Source: Flectonema sp. DT1601 (lineage: Eukaryota). From it: a DNA stretch of 64,000 nt. Shown piece after piece: positions 32,601 to 44,382 of the stretch (the first letter of the stretch is position 1; every line of letters begins with the position of its first letter). The stretch covers positions 1,178,001 through 1,242,000 of the forward strand of contig OZ025786.1 of assembly GCA_964019425.1 (NCBI GenBank), given 5' to 3'. The notes beneath the pieces are model-generated. The model searched no databases and was not told the DNA's origin. It saw nothing but the letters and a program-made list of their open reading frames with translations. Position numbers and translations under genes: made by a program.

Positions 32601-34334
32601 TTAGTAACCAAAAACCACCTCGCTGACACCGAGATTTGTCCCTGCGGGAACTACGGAAACATTTGGAGACTTATCCACTGCAACTTTTGATCCCAGCAAT
32701 ACCTGTCCTCGGTTGAGCCCGACTATGTCGGGCGGTGATAGGTTCATTTTCGTATAGCTGTTTAAAAACTGCTCTATATTGCTTGCAGGAATGACACCTG
32801 GCCGTACTCTGAAGTGCTCTGTTATCTTATCAGCCAGTCTGGAACAACGAACTTTATTATCGGAAAACGTGCTCAGAATGGTTATAATAATAAGAGGCCT
32901 GAACATCTGTAAATCAACACCTAATATGATATTCTCAAGCCGCTTCCATCTTTCATCATTTCCATCAATTGAAGTTGAAAACGCATTTACTAAAAAAGTA
33001 TAATTACTGGGAGGTGCTCCCTTTGAATGTTCAAGAGCACCCATGATCCAATCAAGCATGGGTCCCCATGCTGGTAAGTGCGCATATGATAACGTTGCAA
33101 AGTTTTTTAGTAACAAAGGGAGGTAATAGTCTCCTGAAAAATCGTGTTTTTTTTTCATCTCTAACAGAGATGATGACAGCTGATTAAATAAAACATCATC
33201 GCGGATGGAGGAGTATTGAAAAGCATTTGTAATTTGAGACATTCCCAAAATATTAAAATCTTTTAATGGAATAATTCCAAATTTCTTATCCCTCTCAATC
33301 AATTTCACAACATCTTTTGAAAATTTCCTCACCACAACATGGTGACCAGAATGCAAAATACTTAATTTTGTGTACACCTCCAGAATCTTACCATACTCTG
33401 CTTTCCTAATAGCGAGAGAAGCAAAACCAAGAGCGAGAATATTCATAGTGATACCATTAAGTAGACCAGTTGAATACAGTCGGTAATAAGAAAATGTTTG
33501 AAGTAATTTGTAGACAGATTTTGGGGCCAATCCAGGAGTCACAACTCCTCTAATGCAGAGTTCCTCTGCTACCTGACGCACCAGTGAATCTGTCATTTTC
33601 GAAGGATATTTGGTAAACAGGCTTAAGGTGTAAATAACGTGAGACCGATTCCAAGAGTCAAACCCATTCCTTAACCATAATCCATAGCAAAAATCAATGA
33701 AACCTTGCGATAGTTGAGATGCGAAATCTGCTGCGGCAACAACATACAAAGACGCGCTTGCTAAAGGAATCTCTTTAACGTTTTGTTGAACATTTTGAAG
33801 AATACTGATATCACAGACGCCCTCTCTTGCCACCAATGCAAGAAGATGCAATGCCTGAGCAGCATAAGCTTTTGCATATACTAATTTCCTTTCATGTAGT
33901 TCAATCATGCATTTTTGCAACGCTTCAGTGGCATTGCTGAATATTTCCGCATTAATTTCAGAACCACCATTTCTAAAAGCAGGTCTCACTCTTAATAGTG
34001 CCTTGATCAGATGTAGGAGTTCAACATCTTTAATCAATCTGGGTGTGTAAGATATTTTATCTAAAGCACATTCAACTATATCTGATATGTGTTCTTGTCC
34101 TGTTTGTGATGCGCCTTGATCTCTGAGAAGAATTCCGAGACGGACAGTTATTCTTATAATTGTGTTGACACCTCTCTCATCAGCCTGTCCAACCATGTAC
34201 AAGAGCTCACTCACCGTCCTCGCATGTGGTATTTTCTTAACTAATTCATCATCAAGTGCTTTTGTCTGTTCTCGATTTCGCCTCCAAAAAGGAACTTTTT
34301 CTCCAAAAAGCTTCCTTCCGGTGCGCCTCAACAT
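32601..34334 (-). CDS. Mitochondrion-targeted helical-repeat protein (FASTK/HPR-like, possibly RNA-binding)
   Basis: MLRRTGRKLF presequence; recurring ~37-aa helical units such as ISQITNAF..SSIRDDVLF and LLKNFATLSY. Confidence 0.7.
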   Translation of the reverse strand: MLRRTGRKLFGEKVPFWRRNREQTKALDDELVKKIPHARTVSELLYMVGQADERGVNTIIRITVRLGILLRDQGASQTGQEHISDIVECALDKISYTPRLIKDVELLHLIKALLRVRPAFRNGGSEINAEIFSNATEALQKCMIELHERKLVYAKAYAAQALHLLALVAREGVCDISILQNVQQNVKEIPLASASLYVVAAADFASQLSQGFIDFCYGLWLRNGFDSWNRSHVIYTLSLFTKYPSKMTDSLVRQVAEELCIRGVVTPGLAPKSVYKLLQTFSYYRLYSTGLLNGITMNILALGFASLAIRKAEYGKILEVYTKLSILHSGHHVVVRKFSKDVVKLIERDKKFGIIPLKDFNILGMSQITNAFQYSSIRDDVLFNQLSSSLLEMKKKHDFSGDYYLPLLLKNFATLSYAHLPAWGPMLDWIMGALEHSKGAPPSNYTFLVNAFSTSIDGNDERWKRLENIILGVDLQMFRPLIIITILSTFSDNKVRCSRLADKITEHFRVRPGVIPASNIEQFLNSYTKMNLSPPDIVGLNRGQVLLGSKVAVDKSPNVSVVPAGTNLGVSEVVFGY

Positions 34335-35165
34335 ATCTGTTTCTTCGAATTAATCTTAATTCATACTTTTTTAATTTAAAGTTTTATTTTTTTTACTGTT
34401 GAAGGAAAAGGTAAATTAGTACACTAAAGAAAAGACGATTATTGACGTTGCTATCAAAGTTGCATATTAGTCTCGTTTTTTTTCATTTCATTGGTGTGAG
34501 ATCTGTTAAAACTCAAAAAAAAAAAAAAAAAAAAACTGATAAGCTTTACTCATACACCACGTCAACGTAAGTTTCGCTACATTCTTAATTTTTTTTTTCT
34601 CCCTCCCTCCATCTCACTTTTTCTTTAAAACCAAAACAACAACAAAGGCAATAAAACCACTGCATTTGAGTGGTTTTTTTTTTTTTTTTTTTTTTCCCCT
34701 TTATTCTTTTTTTTATCTATAGAGAATACTACAAAAAAAAGAGGAAAAAAAAACCATGAAGCAAGAAAAAACACAAATTTTATATAAGATCGGGTTTCTG
34801 GTTGACCTTAAATGACCTTTATGTCAACTATAAATGTGGTGGTTTTCTTTAACATAACGACAGAACGGTTTACGGGCTGAGTCAACCAAACATTTTGATA
34901 CAAAAAAAAAAAAAAAAAAAGAAAGGTTAAAAAAGAAGCACACAATTGTCAGGCACCATGAAGATCAGTTACTCAAGTAGACCCAACCCCTTGAGACAAC
35001 GAAGACTATGTGTATAACTTTTTTTCCCCTTCTTGTTCTATCTTTTCCTACTTTAAAAAACTTAACAAAACAGATATAATAACAACTTCCTTTTTTTTCC
35101 ACCCCCTCAGAATCTAGTTTGTCTGTCTCGAAATTATATTTGAGCTAAAAGTTAATAATTCATTC

Positions 35166-35281
35166 TTATATTTTGATCGCAGACAGTAATACTGAGCGCA
35201 CAGGGAAATAGATAACTTTTTGAACATAATAAATAAACGGCTCTTAATCTGAATAGTTTCTTCTCCACTTCGTCGGTGCAA
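35166..35281. mobile_element. Helentron-like repeat, copy 3 (left IR missing)
   Basis: Near-identical to 10660-10777, including ATCTGAATAGTTTCTTCTCCACTTCGTCGGTGCA followed by an A-run. Confidence 0.65.
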
Positions 35282-35676
35282 AAAAAAAAATTATTAAAAA
35301 AAAAAAAAGTCATTTTTTAACTAAGACCTCCTCTTTTTATTGATTGGCAAACTGCCAACTGCTTTGAGTGGCATCACGGAACAAAGAAAGGAACCGAAAC
35401 TGCCGCAAAATACAAGACAGAAAATATTGTACTTTGACACGTATTGATGTTTTGTTTGAGCACGAAATCCGTGAGCCGACTTAAACTGATACTGCTGAAA
35501 AAAAACAGATTTCAAATAGGAAGGTGGTGTTGAGACTGCCCTCAGAGTATATCCAGGAGACATTTAAGTACCCGTCGTGTGTTCGCTGTGACCATATGTT
35601 GTGAGTGATGTCATCCTTCTCTTTTATTTTTTTATGTTCTCACTCCCCAACCTTCTACGAGGATAGAAAGGTACTA

Positions 35677-36420
35677 TTACCAAACACCCTCTGTTGTGGT
35701 GGTGCCTTCAGTTCCAAAAGTAACCCGTTTCTGTTCTTTCTTGTAGCGGAGGAGGTAACCGATGCAGCAGATCATTGCTGCGCATAGAAAGACTGCAGCA
35801 ACTATGATCATGATTAGTTCCCAAAGTTCTCTATCCCACCATGGGTCATCCCAGCATGAGTTTGAACGCGCAACCCATTTACAGTCGCTGTCGCTTTCGC
35901 AACTACGACGAGAAAGAACTTTGCATCCTGAAACGGGTTCTTCTGCTGCAAGAGACGCGCATATTGTCGGACCATCGCAATCAGTTACAGGGTTGCCAGG
36001 TATGTTCATGGATGTTCCGTAATTCTCAAGACAAACATTCACATGGTCTTGAAGGATGCATTGAGTGAAGTCAGAGCATTCAGCTGACACAAACCTTCCG
36101 TAAGACTTTGATAAAGTCTGTTGAATACACTTTACAGCATCAGGGATACATGAGCTAAACTTTTCACAACCATTTTTGTTTTCAAAGCAATCAAATTTTT
36201 GAGATTCGCACTTAGTTCTTTCAAAGCCTTCAGTTTGCTCAGCCTCTTGCCAGGCAGCTGGATCTCCACGTTGGCCAGTTGGAAGAACTACCTTCACGGA
36301 GTCACGGCATATTTGTCTCAGACCCATACATGACCTCGCCGTTGGTATCATAGTAGGCCCTTGACCTCTGCAGTCGCTGATCATTATCCCCAACACCAAA
36401 ATACCTACAACTTTAATCAT
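35677..36420 (-). CDS. Cys-rich single-pass (type I) membrane protein
   Basis: Signal peptide, Cys-rich ectodomain, TM LIMIIVAAVFLCAAMICCIGYLL, short basic tail. Confidence 0.85.
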   Translation of the reverse strand: MIKVVGILVLGIMISDCRGQGPTMIPTARSCMGLRQICRDSVKVVLPTGQRGDPAAWQEAEQTEGFERTKCESQKFDCFENKNGCEKFSSCIPDAVKCIQQTLSKSYGRFVSAECSDFTQCILQDHVNVCLENYGTSMNIPGNPVTDCDGPTICASLAAEEPVSGCKVLSRRSCESDSDCKWVARSNSCWDDPWWDRELWELIMIIVAAVFLCAAMICCIGYLLRYKKEQKRVTFGTEGTTTTEGVW

Positions 36421-37722
36421 TTTTTTTTTTTTTAATTGTAGCTTTTGTTCAAAAAAAAAAAAAGAATAATAACAACTTTTATTGTGTAGATGATTCCGTC
36501 ATACGAAAGCAAATACATTTGAATTCATCATTTACTTATCAGCGTGTTGTAGGAGGAGGTCCTGTCGGTTACAAAAAGTAAGGATAAAGATGCATTTCCA
36601 ATTCCATTACACCAGCAAAAGACAAGTAAAAAAATGGGATTTTTTTTTTTTATCCACAAAGAGAATAATAAAAGAGAACAAAGAAAAAAAAAAAGGAAAA
36701 AAAGGCAAAGATGAGGGGGGTGAGTGGCATAAAAAACTTAAAAAAATACTTAAAAAAACGATTCCAGACAACAGCAGATGTAATTATACACGCAGTTTGG
36801 ACAACACACTTTCTGATAATCAATGTCCCTGCTACCGCCTGTCTTTGACACACGTTTCCATTTGTTTCTTTTCTTGTCTTTTTTTCTTTTTCCCGCCGCA
36901 CTCAAATTGTGTTTTTTTATTTTGTTTTGTTTTGTTTTTTATTTTTGCCTTATTTTCGCAAGTCCCGAAAAGTAAAAATAAAAGGGAAACTTTGGAGAGG
37001 GAAAAAAAACGTGGAGGGATGGGAGGAAAGAAAAAAGAAAAAATACCCTCGAAGGAAGGCCCTTCAACGATTCTGACGAGGAAGGAAAGGGGAAGGAACA
37101 TTAAAGTGATTGACCTCTACCGTTAACTAAAGCCGAGGTTATTCTCTTGCGCTCTATAGGAATACAAAAAAATCGCAAGATCCTTTTTTCAGTAACAGCG
37201 TTCTTTTTTCCCCCCCTGTTTTTTTTCTTTTTTTTTTTTTTCCGCTTACTGAGGAATCCTTCTTCTTATTTTCCTCTTCTGGCTTTTCCAAGCGCAAACC
37301 AAACCAACCAAAGTTAACTTCGTAACAGACTTACATATAGTTATTGTAAAAATAAGGTTGACATGTAGTTTGCATTTTTCGTCTTATTTTTTCTTTTATT
37401 TTTTTTTTGTTGTTCAACGAAGTCGCGGGTTTTTCAGGAAAGCTCCCGATTCCCGTGACAACGCTTAAAAAAAAAAAAAAAAAATAATAAACTTGGAAGT
37501 AAGCTACCGCGACGGCTTCGAAGCATGGATGACACAGAAAGAAACAGTCACTACCGCGGCAGCTGTTGCTTGCATGCGAAAATAAACCTAGACACGCAGA
37601 CAATTCAACACAATTGACCTACATATTAAAACCAGATGTGATAAGACGAAAGGTAGAGAGAGAAGAAAAAAAAAAAAAAAAAGGTTTTTTTTAAACCTGC
37701 GCATAAGTTGAAGTTAAAAACC

Positions 37723-37723
<1 letters not shown>

Positions 37724-37759
<36 letters not shown>
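37724..37759. repeat. 36-nt poly-C tract; (GGA)n microsatellite nearby at about 37927-37958
   Basis: Read directly from the sequence. Confidence 0.9.
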
Positions 37760-40615
37760 TTCTATTCCAACACAAGCAGTAATACGTAGATCTTTGGCTC
37801 ATTAGTTTTGCCAAGAGGTGTCTTATATCAGACACAGACTGCTTGCCTCTGGGATTTCTGTTTATAAGTGAAAGTCGCAAGAAATTGTTGTCGGTATAAT
37901 GTTTAAAGAAAATAGAAATATAGAAAGAGGAGGAGGAGGAGGAGGAGGAGGAGGAGGAGAGGAAATGGTTTCATTCATGGTAAAAAAAAAAACTAAAAGG
38001 AAGTTTTCCAAAAGGGCAGCAGCAGTTATGGAAAAAAGGAGGAAACAACAAAAATATGATAGCTCCCCAACGCTGACATCATTATCCAAAAGGTATCGTT
38101 TAGCTACATTTAGGATGAAATTTTCTGCAACATTAGAGACCCGTGCCTGTTTATTTCCCAAACAATAAGTAGTTTTCGTTACGCAAAAAATGAAAAATTT
38201 CCAATAGAAAAAAACGCAAGTAGAAGTAGTTTTTTTTCTTTATCTAGATATCAATCGCTACCCTGTTTTCGCCATTCGCTCAAAAGTAGAATACTTTTGG
38301 TGACTGAAAACCTCTTTTTTTGTTTTTGTTTTTTTTTAATATTTTTTTGAGAATCTTTTTTTTATTAACTCGCAAAAAAAAAAAAAATAATAATAAATAA
38401 AATAAAAACAAGTCGCAGCGAAAAAGAAAAGGGTCGAGACGGTGAACGTAAGGTACTATAAAGTAATTTCTGCAAAAAAGTGAAAAAAAAAAAAAAAAAA
38501 AAAAAAAAAGGGTACCAACAACATTTATTCATACAATAGAAGTAATCCAAGAGGACTAACTAATACTTGTCATCTCGGAGTCGAGAGACCGTCAAAGTAC
38601 ATGCGAAATTTTCAGCAGAGTCCATCTGCTCAGGGGAGTTAATTTTAAAGTGCAAACACACATCTTGCACACATATAAAGCAGGGTAGATAGATGCTTTA
38701 TATATTACTGGGGGGGGGGGTAACCCACAACAGAAGTTCATACGTGGTCGCGTGGGTTGCATTAAATCAAAATATTAAAAACACAATTGTTCTGTTTTCA
38801 ATAACCACCGTTTCTAGAAAAGAAACAGGAAGTCAAAATAAATTAGGAAGAAACGGGAGACAGGGGCCATTTTTATTATAAAAAAAAAGCAAACCTCTCA
38901 CCGAGGGAGGGAGCAGGCAGTAGTAGTAGCTGAGCATGTTTGCCAGCATGCTTCAGTAAAAGATAACACAAAGGTAAGCTACCTTGAGGTTCGTTTCTTT
39001 CATTTTTTTTTTCCTTCATTTTTTTCCCCCCTTCTCTCTCTTCTTCCACTGTGTTCGACTACTGAAAATTGATATCAATATCCAGGGAACTGACAAAAAG
39101 AATGAAAAAAAAAAAATTGGAGGGCGAAAAAAAAAAGAAATGAAAAAAAAAAAAAGATTTAAAGGCAGACTAACTTCTTGCTAACAAATCTCCTTTTTTA
39201 CGGTCTTCCTTTTTACACAACAGCAAGCCGATTGCACATAATTTATTTCTTTTTCTTCTAAATTCATGTTTGTTCCCTGCTACGAAAGGTAGTAGGGGTT
39301 GAAAAAAGAAAACAGAATATGTGGCTGTCAAGTTTTCAGTTTTTAATTTTGCTCTGGGGGATCGTATCTTCACATGCATATAAAACCGCGTAGTGTTTTT
39401 CCCCACATCACTAGCTGTTGAGAAGCAAACGAGATTAAACAATTGAGAGGTGACTACGATAGGGTTTTTGTGTGGGGCAAAAAGAAAAACAAACAAGAAG
39501 AAAAGAATGGGGAACTAATAAAAAGAAATTCCCCGTCCCTTTGTTTGTACTGTTTACTGTGATAGAACTTTAAAAAGAAAAATAAAGAAAAAGAAAATTA
39601 ATGTTTTTTTTGTTTTTTTTTTAAATTCTTCTTCATATTTTATTTCATTTAAGTTAATTTCTCCATTCTTTCTTTTTACTTAAAAAAGAAAAAAATGGGT
39701 GGGGGAGAAAGAGTACGAGGATTAAAAAGAAAAAATGAAATGAAAAGACACAGAAAGACTTTTTTCTGTTTTTTTTTTTTTTTTTTTTTGTTGAGTAGAA
39801 GACGAGCTAAAGATACGTTTACATTTTTTCAGGAGCCTGGAACTTGAGGCTTCCGAGAGACCTAAATGTCAAACTAAAAAATCATACATCTATTTCAGAC
39901 TTTTTAACTTGTCCTTTTCAACAGATGTTATATTTCGTACTGAAATGTTTGAATGAACTTTGTGTTGTCTACTCGAGAACATTGGGGTCAGACATTGATT
40001 AACAGAGAGGGCATACCTAATTTTAAAAAAAAAAAGAAAAAAAAAGAAGAAGAAAAAAGGGGGGAAAGAACGAGGGAAAGAAAAAAAAAAAAAAAAGTAC
40101 ACCACTCAAAACCAATATCTAAGAAATAAGAAAAATAACTAACATTCGTTAGCTATTTTTTTTTAACTAGAACTAATCACTACCTCATCCATCTGCTTGA
40201 AGAAACGAAATAAGGAATTTTTTTTTTTTTCTTGTTTGCTGTTGTTTGATTGTTATATAACAAATGATAAATTTTTTTTTTTTTTTTCCACCACAAAAAT
40301 ATATGATTATATATAAAAAAAATATTACAAAAATTGTATCACAAAGGTAACTAAAAAAAACAACTAGTAACGTGGACCCCACGATACACTTGAAAAATGG
40401 ATTAACAGATCCTAAACTAGTCTGTTTATGCCTAGCAGTATGGTACAGAAGTGAAATAAGTCAGTTTAATAATGCTTAGGCCATAAAGAAGATCAATTGT
40501 AATGAAATAAAGGGCAATAGTTAGTTTTAAAGTTTGAAACACACTGCATTGACTCTACATTATAATTAACACGAAAATAACAAGAATCGTAGTTTTTTTT
40601 TCATAATCAAAGTCC

Positions 40616-41432
40616 TGAGAAACCAAACCAGGATATAATGTGATACGGCAGAGTGTTCGGTTTCTGTTGTGAATGTGAGATAAAAAGTGGGGAAGTTCTG
40701 TATGTTCTATTTTCGTAAAAATTACTACTGTGGGTGTATTATAAAAAAACACAAAGATAATTTTAGTTTTTAGATACAGTGATATAATGGGGTGGTAACT
40801 TGATACTAATATTAAATGGAAAGCAACTTGAAAGTGGCTAAAGCGAAAATAGGATTCAGCCAAACCTAAACCTGGTTGCAAGACTACTTGATTAGGTTCA
40901 TACGAATATAAATCTCTTGTATTGTATCAAAGCTCAATCATGACACAAGTGACTAAAATGTTAGGCAAACACTCTGCAATTGACGTGCTATAAGCAATGT
41001 TTCTAACTTATCTGCATACATATCTCTTTTTCCGTGTTGTCATTCAGTGCAGTACGGAATCGAGTTATTCAATTACGAATTAATCAACCAAAAAACCAGG
41101 GTATATAATGTAATACGGCAGAGTGTAGGTTTTCGCCTGTAGTCTCGTCAAGAAATAAACAATCTTTATATATAAAAAAAAAGTTGTTAGTAATGTCCAA
41201 AATAAGTTGGGATAACATGAGGGGTTAACTGTTTGATTTTGTACGTAAAATACAAATGTATTGTATCATAAACAAAACATAACGATAATTTAACATTAGT
41301 TCTGAGATACAGTGACTAGGTGTGATGCTTAACTTAGCCTTTTTTTGTTAGTTATGTCCAAAATAAGTTGGGATAACATGAGGGGGTAGTTTGATACTGT
41401 ATTTTCAAGCTCAGGGATAACATGAGGGGGGG
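40616..41432. repeat. Cluster of diverged direct repeats from a dispersed family
   Basis: ACCAGG.TATAATGT.ATACGGCAGAGTGT at ~40627 and ~41095; ATGTCCAAAATAAGTTGGGATAACATGAGGGG at ~41193 and ~41354. Segment 41219-41341 is repeated at 47417-47538. Confidence 0.75.
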
Positions 41433-41492
41433 ATGATAGTCGTTAGCTTTTGTAAGTTTTTAGATTTGAGAATCAAGGAATACTTAATTTGA

Positions 41493-41525
<33 letters not shown>

Positions 41526-41983
41526 CAAACCGCTTTGCGAAAAATGACGAATATGGGACAATCCAGCAGCAATTTCAAAGGCTAACCTCTTTAATGCAAA
41601 CCGTTAATTGATAATTAACCACTCAGAATTTCATCAATATTTTGCAGTGCTGGTGAGAATAAGTTTTTTTTTTTTTTTTTTTTTGCTCCTCGATTCGCTT
41701 TACGAGTGGGGGGGGGTGCTCACCACTTGACTCTACATTAAAGAAAAATAAAAAAAAAAAAAATAAAACAGTCTGGCATCGCAAAAAATATTCAGAATTG
41801 CAGATAACTGCCAGTTTCACTACCTCGGCGTTCTTCCAACTGTTATAGTTCTCTGCAGGTAAAATGGCATTTGGGTTGGCCAATAATAAAAGAAAAAAAA
41901 AGGGAACGGGCTCAAGAACCAAAAACATACCAGAAGAAATAAAAATGTGATGGGAAGGTGGGAAGAGAATAAAAAAAGTTTAA

Positions 41984-42451
41984 CCCTAAAAAAAAAGGCC
42001 AAAAAACCGATTTTTGCATTTTTGTGAAAAATAGACGAGAGAAAAGGAGTGTGTGGGAATAACCCTACCCGTGTATTGAAAATATACTAAAGTTCACATC
42101 CAGCTGGCCGAAAGAATCCGAAAACACACGAAGTAGTGCTCAATACCTGGAACCCCTGGTTAGGGACTTTTTTTTTTGAGGCTAGTGTTGTGCGTGAAAA
42201 AAATTTCCTTGAGATGTAGATGTTGTCGACTTCGCAAGAATTTCGTGGTATCCTGCGATAAGGATTATTTTTTTTTTTTTTTTGGCTATTAAAATAAAGT
42301 TATTCTACTTCTGCGTTTCCAAGACAGAAACTTAGGGAATAAAAATTTCGTCGGATTCGGGCAACCTTTGCACCACCCCAGCATATTTCTCACTTGGCCA
42401 AAAATAATTTTTTTAAAATTGTCAGTTTTTCGGCGTTTTGGTCTTTTAGGG
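41984..42451. mobile_element. piggyBac-like non-autonomous element (468 bp)
   Basis: TTAA|CCCTAAAA..GGCCAAAAAACCGA ... TCGGCGTTTTGGTCTTTTAGGG|TTAA, giving a TTAA duplication, CCC/GGG termini and imperfect ~25-bp TIRs. Confidence 0.7.
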
Positions 42452-42933
42452 TTAAGGGGGAAAAAGGAAAAAAAAAAAAAAAGAAAAAAAAAGAGAACCA
42501 AGACATGAAATAATATATTAGTCTGAAAAAAAATTTAAAAAAATAAAAGACTTACTTTTCAACAGAGGCAAACATTAACTTGAGTTTTTTGTTCCCTGTC
42601 TCTTTCTCTTTCTCTTTTTTTTTTTTTTTTCCATGTATGGTTCAGTTTTTCCGAATACCAGCTTTAGGTGGGACGTTGACATCCACCCAAGCTTATCAGA
42701 GTATCAATTTTTTTTTTTTTTTTTTTTTCCCCACCTTCGCGAAAAAAAGGTTGTAAGTGAAGCCACTAAAATCTAAGGCTTTTTTTTTAATAAAAAAAAT
42801 TGCCAACTTAAAAGAACAGAGCCGAGAAACTTCTACACCCTATTCTAACAAGCACCCTAAATAATGCAGTAAGAAACACCCGTGATAAAGGAAAAAAGAT
42901 ATTTTAAAACTATGGGGGAAAAAAAGTGTTTGT

Positions 42934-42969
<36 letters not shown>

Positions 42970-43407
42970 TGGTGAGAATAGTAAAAAAATAAAAATGAAG
43001 GGAAAAAAATAAAAAAAAATCACTTACACTAAAGTAAGCACACGCCCCTATCGAACAACCCGACTCCTCTCAACTACGGACCTGCCGCGCGCACTTTTTC
43101 CATTCTAGAAAAAGGGACCAAATAACTACAGGGCTCCCTCAGCTAACTGAACAAGAGAATAGATTTGGTTGTTCAAACGAGAAATGCGTTGCATTGAGTA
43201 CAACAAAAAAAAAAATTTGGACCTTCTGTACATGAACCAGCTTACAAAAGAAAGTTTACGTGTCGCTGCCAATACTCTTTTTTTTTATTTATTATTATTA
43301 TTATTTTTTTTTTTTTTTAATTGTACAATACTTGTTAAGCGAAAAAAGAAATGAAAGTAGCGGATGGGGGGAAAAAAAAAGGGAGAAAAAACACGGTTAG
43401 AAGAAGT

Positions 43408-44382
43408 CTAGTACGTACACGAGCATCCATCACAATTACATCCATAGTTATTCTCCAACTGGTTGCACGAATATTTCCCGGTCGCAACCCACTTGTCACA
43501 GTTGTAACTGTAGCAATTATTATATTTGCACACAGGTGGTGGCGCGTTTGTAGGAATAGCTGTTGGAATTGCGGTTGGGACTGCCGTTGGAATTGCAGTT
43601 GGAATTGCCGTTGGAATCGCAGTCGGGACTGGAGTTGGCACCTTAGTAGGTGGAGCTGTGTACTCATCAAAGTTATCTGGGACGCACTTGGTGCATGACG
43701 GAGCTCCACCCCCTCCAAGAAATCTTCTTGGGCACCAATTAGACTGACACTTGCCATCTTCCCATGCGCAGATTGGAGCACATCCAATACAACCATTGTA
43801 TCCAAACCCTGGACAGTCAGGATGACGGACAATAGAAAAGATACCCATGTGAATAAGGTTGATCTCAGTAGGCGGGGTAGAGATAGTCTCTCCAGGCTGA
43901 ACTTGTCTTCTGAACCCAACCATGTCGTACTTCTGAGCGACGTATGAGAATCTTGGGGCACATGATCCCGACTCCCATCCATCAGAAGGAAGAAGAGCAG
44001 TGTACTTTCCGTTTGTTTCACGGGAACAAGGCGGACAGTGGTACACAAAAATAAAAAAGTCACATGGCTTTCCTGTGCAATCCTTTGGACAGTGCAATGT
44101 GAACTGCGTTCCCGGTAAAATCACTTCACTTTGGTCCGGAAAGAATGCCCTAGCATCGTTACTGGAGGTCAGAATGTCAGGTACTCCCCACAGACGAGCG
44201 TCTAACCCCCCAAGTGACCATCCAGGCATGTCTGCGGTAACAGCCTCAGGGGCGAGTGTCTTAGTCACCACTCCTCCGTTTGACTGAACTCTCTTTATCT
44301 TGACCTGTGCCTGCTGGTTTGTTGTACACGTTGCCGCAGCATGAGCGGTAAACGCGGCAAACAACATGGATTTGAACATCAT
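43408..44382 (-). CDS. Secreted Cys-rich protein, paralog A (PT-repeat linker and C-terminal 6-Cys module)
   Basis: Start MMFKSMLFAAF at 44382; highly similar to 47600..48322; tail CKYNNCYSYNCDKW...CNQLENNYGCNCDGCSC. Confidence 0.88.
   Translation of the reverse strand: MMFKSMLFAAFTAHAAATCTTNQQAQVKIKRVQSNGGVVTKTLAPEAVTADMPGWSLGGLDARLWGVPDILTSSNDARAFFPDQSEVILPGTQFTLHCPKDCTGKPCDFFIFVYHCPPCSRETNGKYTALLPSDGWESGSCAPRFSYVAQKYDMVGFRRQVQPGETISTPPTEINLIHMGIFSIVRHPDCPGFGYNGCIGCAPICAWEDGKCQSNWCPRRFLGGGGAPSCTKCVPDNFDEYTAPPTKVPTPVPTAIPTAIPTAIPTAVPTAIPTAIPTNAPPPVCKYNNCYSYNCDKWVATGKYSCNQLENNYGCNCDGCSCTY

Noticed and set aside
36436..36450. Spliced-leader relic (AAAAGCTACA) upstream of an ATG
   Set aside because: The match is only ~10 nt, recalled from memory, in AT-rich sequence, so it is compatible with chance.
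36500..43300. Numerous short poly-F/poly-K ORFs here and in other intergenic regions
   Set aside because: They are translations of T/A homopolymer tracts with no protein-like content.
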